Assembly (NCBI RefSeq): GCF_009914755.1
Contig: NC_060928.1
Length of the DNA: 64,000 nucleotides
Direction: 5' to 3' (one strand)
DNA from: the human T2T-CHM13v2.0 reference genome, Homo sapiens
Shown in pieces: positions 60,471-64,000 of this stretch; position 1 is the stretch's first letter; each line of letters opens with the position of its first letter. Position numbers and translations under genes: made by a program. Below the pieces are notes generated by a model. That model saw nothing but the letters and a program-made list of their open reading frames with translations. It ran no database searches and was not told the origin of the DNA.

Positions 60471-61759
60471 AAGAATGATAGTTTTTATGTGACGCTTCCT
60501 TGGGTAAGTTCAACTTGATAATAAAGATTTGGACTTAATTTGATGTTATTGGAAGTAATCTGAAAATAACAATACTTCCTAGTGTTGGTGTTTCAATCAT
60601 TTAAACCAATATTTCAAAGAGGAAATTATACTTTGCCTTTATATTCTCTTAGTGTCTATCAAAAAGCACATGGATTCCACCCTTTCACCCAAAAAAGCAC
60701 ATGGATCTAGGGTGGTGGCTCTTTTTTATCCCAGAGACTAAAAGCTTGAGAATAGAAAGGGCTTTGTTATTGCAGATCTCACTTTATTTTGCCCAAAATT
60801 AGGAACGAGCAGGAATAAGAGTGAAACTATGCTAAGGCTGTCAGAAAGTCAGAGTGGTACATGAGATACTTTCAGGTGGTATAGGCAGATATTTTATTTT
60901 AATAGTCATGAATTTATCTTTATATGAGAAAAGATGTAATCAGTATAGCAAATGTGCCACTTCCTAGATATTATCATTTAGGATGAGGTTAAGTTTAAAA
61001 AGTGAGGCTATTTTAAAAAGCAAATAACATTACATGTATGTATACAATAAAAATTGGGACCGTGGTAATGTAAAGATTGCAATGTGGGAAATACTCCTCT
61101 AAGCCAATCCTTTTGTTCTGCAGATAAAAATGAAGCCCTCTATATATGGAAGTTAATGGGATTAGGGCCCAGGAATTTTTACTTCTCAAAATCAAATTTA
61201 AAACCCTGTAATAGTCTCAGATAAAAATACCTTAAGTGTATCTAAAATATCTTTAAGATATAAAGTCATCAATCACAATGAATGACTGCTTCCCCAGATA
61301 CTGGACAACTGATGATATGCATGCAGCTCAGAATTTTCAAGATTCTCTAAAGCATTCAGATGCATTCTAATAGTAAAGTAAAAGAACTTCTCCCTCCTTT
61401 TGAATAGTTGGATTTACCTTACTTTAGGTATGAACCATACACTGTCATTGGAATTTGCCTTATAACTGCTACCACTTCCCTGAAGTTTCGTTTTTCCTAC
61501 CATTTTAAGATGGAAAAGAACAAGTAAGATTCTGCCTCTCATTTATTATACAAAACGTATAGGCAAAGACTCTACACCATTTAACTTTCCAGTGCCTTGG
61601 TTTCCTCATCTGTGAAATACCACTTAATTGACCTCTAAAGTAACTTCCAGCTTCAAAGTTCTATAACTTTACAACTATTAAAAAATGAATTAAACCCATA
61701 AATAGCTGAACTTCTAGAGAAATGTATTATTAGATATTAAATATGTCATTTTTTATGTT

Positions 61760-61945
61760 ACAGGTACTCAACAAATCTTGTTTCATTTAACCTGCCCAGC
61801 ACGCATAAACAATTCCTATTTCACATATGCAGAAACTGGGGTTCAGAAGGTTGCAGTAACTTAGTCAAAATGACACAGCCAGTAAGCAGTGGAGCTAAGA
61901 TTTGAGGCCACATCTCCTTTTCTTAAAAGTCTACTCCTTAACCTC
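61760..61945 (-). mobile_element. MIR
   Basis: gcagaaactggggttcagaaggttgcagtaacttagtcaa. Confidence 0.75.
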
Positions 61946-62257
61946 ATCATGCCAGACTACCTTGCTATGGTCAAAACATTATCATTACCTTTTGGAAAAG
62001 CTACTGGGGCAAAATTACAGAAAAAAAAATCTTTCTATTTGTCAATTTGTCAATACAGCTAGAAAAACACCCTAAGGACTGCCTAACTGATAAAAATATT
62101 GAGAACATATGGTTCATTTAGAAATGACTTTCTTAAATATATGGAATAAATTAATGATGTGAAAGCTGATCAAACTCAATTTAGATGTGAATTTTCCATT
62201 TGAAAAACCCCAAGCTCTAATACTGATCCAGGCTACAGACAGTAAGAGATTAAATCT

Positions 62258-62537
62258 TATTTTTTGAGAAAGGGTCTCACTCCATCACCCAGGCTGGAGT
62301 GCAGTAGCACGATCAAGGCTCACTGCAGCCTCGACCTCCTAGGCTAAAGTGATCCTCCCACCTCAGCCTCTCAAGTAGCTAGGACTATAGGTATGCACCA
62401 GCACACCTGACTAATTAAAAAAAATTTTTTTAGAGGTAGGATCTCACTATGCTTCCCAGGCAGCTGGTCTTGACCTTCTGGGATCAAGCAATTCTCCCAA
62501 AGTGCCGAGATTACGGGGCATAAACCATTGTGTCCAG
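62258..62537 (-). mobile_element. Alu (AluJ-like)
   Basis: Diverged dimer. Confidence 0.9.
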
Positions 62538-62661
62538 TCCTAAATTTCTGATTCTTGAAAGGTAAAAGAATAGAAACCATATAAATATTCTAATGCATAG
62601 AAGAGTATTTCCATAGTTTCAGGATTATATTACATTTTATTTCATTGAAAATAGGAAACAT

Positions 62662-62995
<334 letters not shown>

Positions 62996-64000
62996 TTATG
63001 ATAGAAAAATTGAAATGAATCATAAAATTTGGGAAATGTCTAAAATTATAACCATAATATTTGTAAGTGAAAAGCTATATTTTATAGCAAAATAAGAATA
63101 TGTGTGTGTATGTTTATAAAAGCATATATTATATTTAGGTGCTGAGTCAAAAGTCAAATATATTAAAAAAGTATTAAGTAGCATCTATTTGTTGGAACAG
63201 CCTTCAAATATAAACTGTATATAGATTTTGCATTATCTTTTGAAATAACAACTTAGCTGAAAAAATTATCTTTGAGACCAAACAGTTTTGATCTTCAAGG
63301 TGGTTTTGAGGTAGCAAGAAAGAGAATTTCTTTGGGACATAGAGAATCAGCTTGACATAATGACACTGGCTTTGAAAAATAATTTCAGGAGTATGTCTTC
63401 ATTTCTAGCTTGCAGGCTTACTCTTCACCATATTCCAAACTCAGGGCTCACAGACATGATCAAAAAATAATTTTAAATGCTTGAACTAGCACATTAATAC
63501 CTCATGACAACGGTGGCTTGCTTATTTTAACTGATATTCATTTAAACAGCAACATGCAAAATGTCAGCATTTGAAGTGAATTAATCAGTTGATATCCCTG
63601 ATATAATCACCCAATTTGGGCGAGGTGCAGATGAACACAACACATGCTTAGATTGAAAGTAAAATGAGGGTAACTATAATTTTCCCAAGGGCCATAAGCT
63701 TGAGCATATGAATGAGATCACTTAATAATCTAATTTTCACTGGCTTTGCCTACATGATGCAGTTTCTCAATAGCCATGTAAAGCTTCCCCAGGGTCAAAC
63801 GTTTCTGGGAATCCCCAGCCGCTATCTCCTGTTCTCATATGTAATCACGAGTAGATGCCTGCTGGGCACTGCGGCTCCTCCAACAATGCTCAGCAAAGAG
63901 CCACAGCCTCTCCCGCTGCTCCTCGAGGCCCAGCTGTGGCTGGTGTGCTTCACCAACACTATATCAGGCCACTGTGCCAGCTTTTCCAGGGTGCACGACA

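Overview
Primate genomic DNA, probably human or great ape (AluJ/S/Y and an L1PA3-like LINE are present). It is AT-rich, repeat-dense and intronic or intergenic in character. I cannot identify any host protein-coding exon, RNA gene, CpG island or CRISPR array. All recognisable long ORFs derive from LINE-1 or are Alu, LTR or microsatellite artefacts. Contents: three L1PA insertions that all show 5' inversions (twin priming), about 17 Alus (most with readable TSDs), several solo LTRs (MLT1, MLT2, MST, LTR16, MER52), Tigger and hAT DNA-transposon relics, many MIR and L2 fragments, and simple repeats. The most unusual structure is an old multi-template 'patchwork' insertion at about 40.55-40.85 kb. 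It is built from copies of sequences at 42.4, 43.1 and 44.8 kb and sits in a four-level nest (L2 > MLT1 > patchwork > MER52). Repeat-free islands at 13.5, 24-27 and 63.4-64 kb may be regulatory. I do not see evidence of a novel multi-gene biological system. Subfamily names are from recalled consensus sequences, not a database search, and the boundaries of old repeats are approximate.
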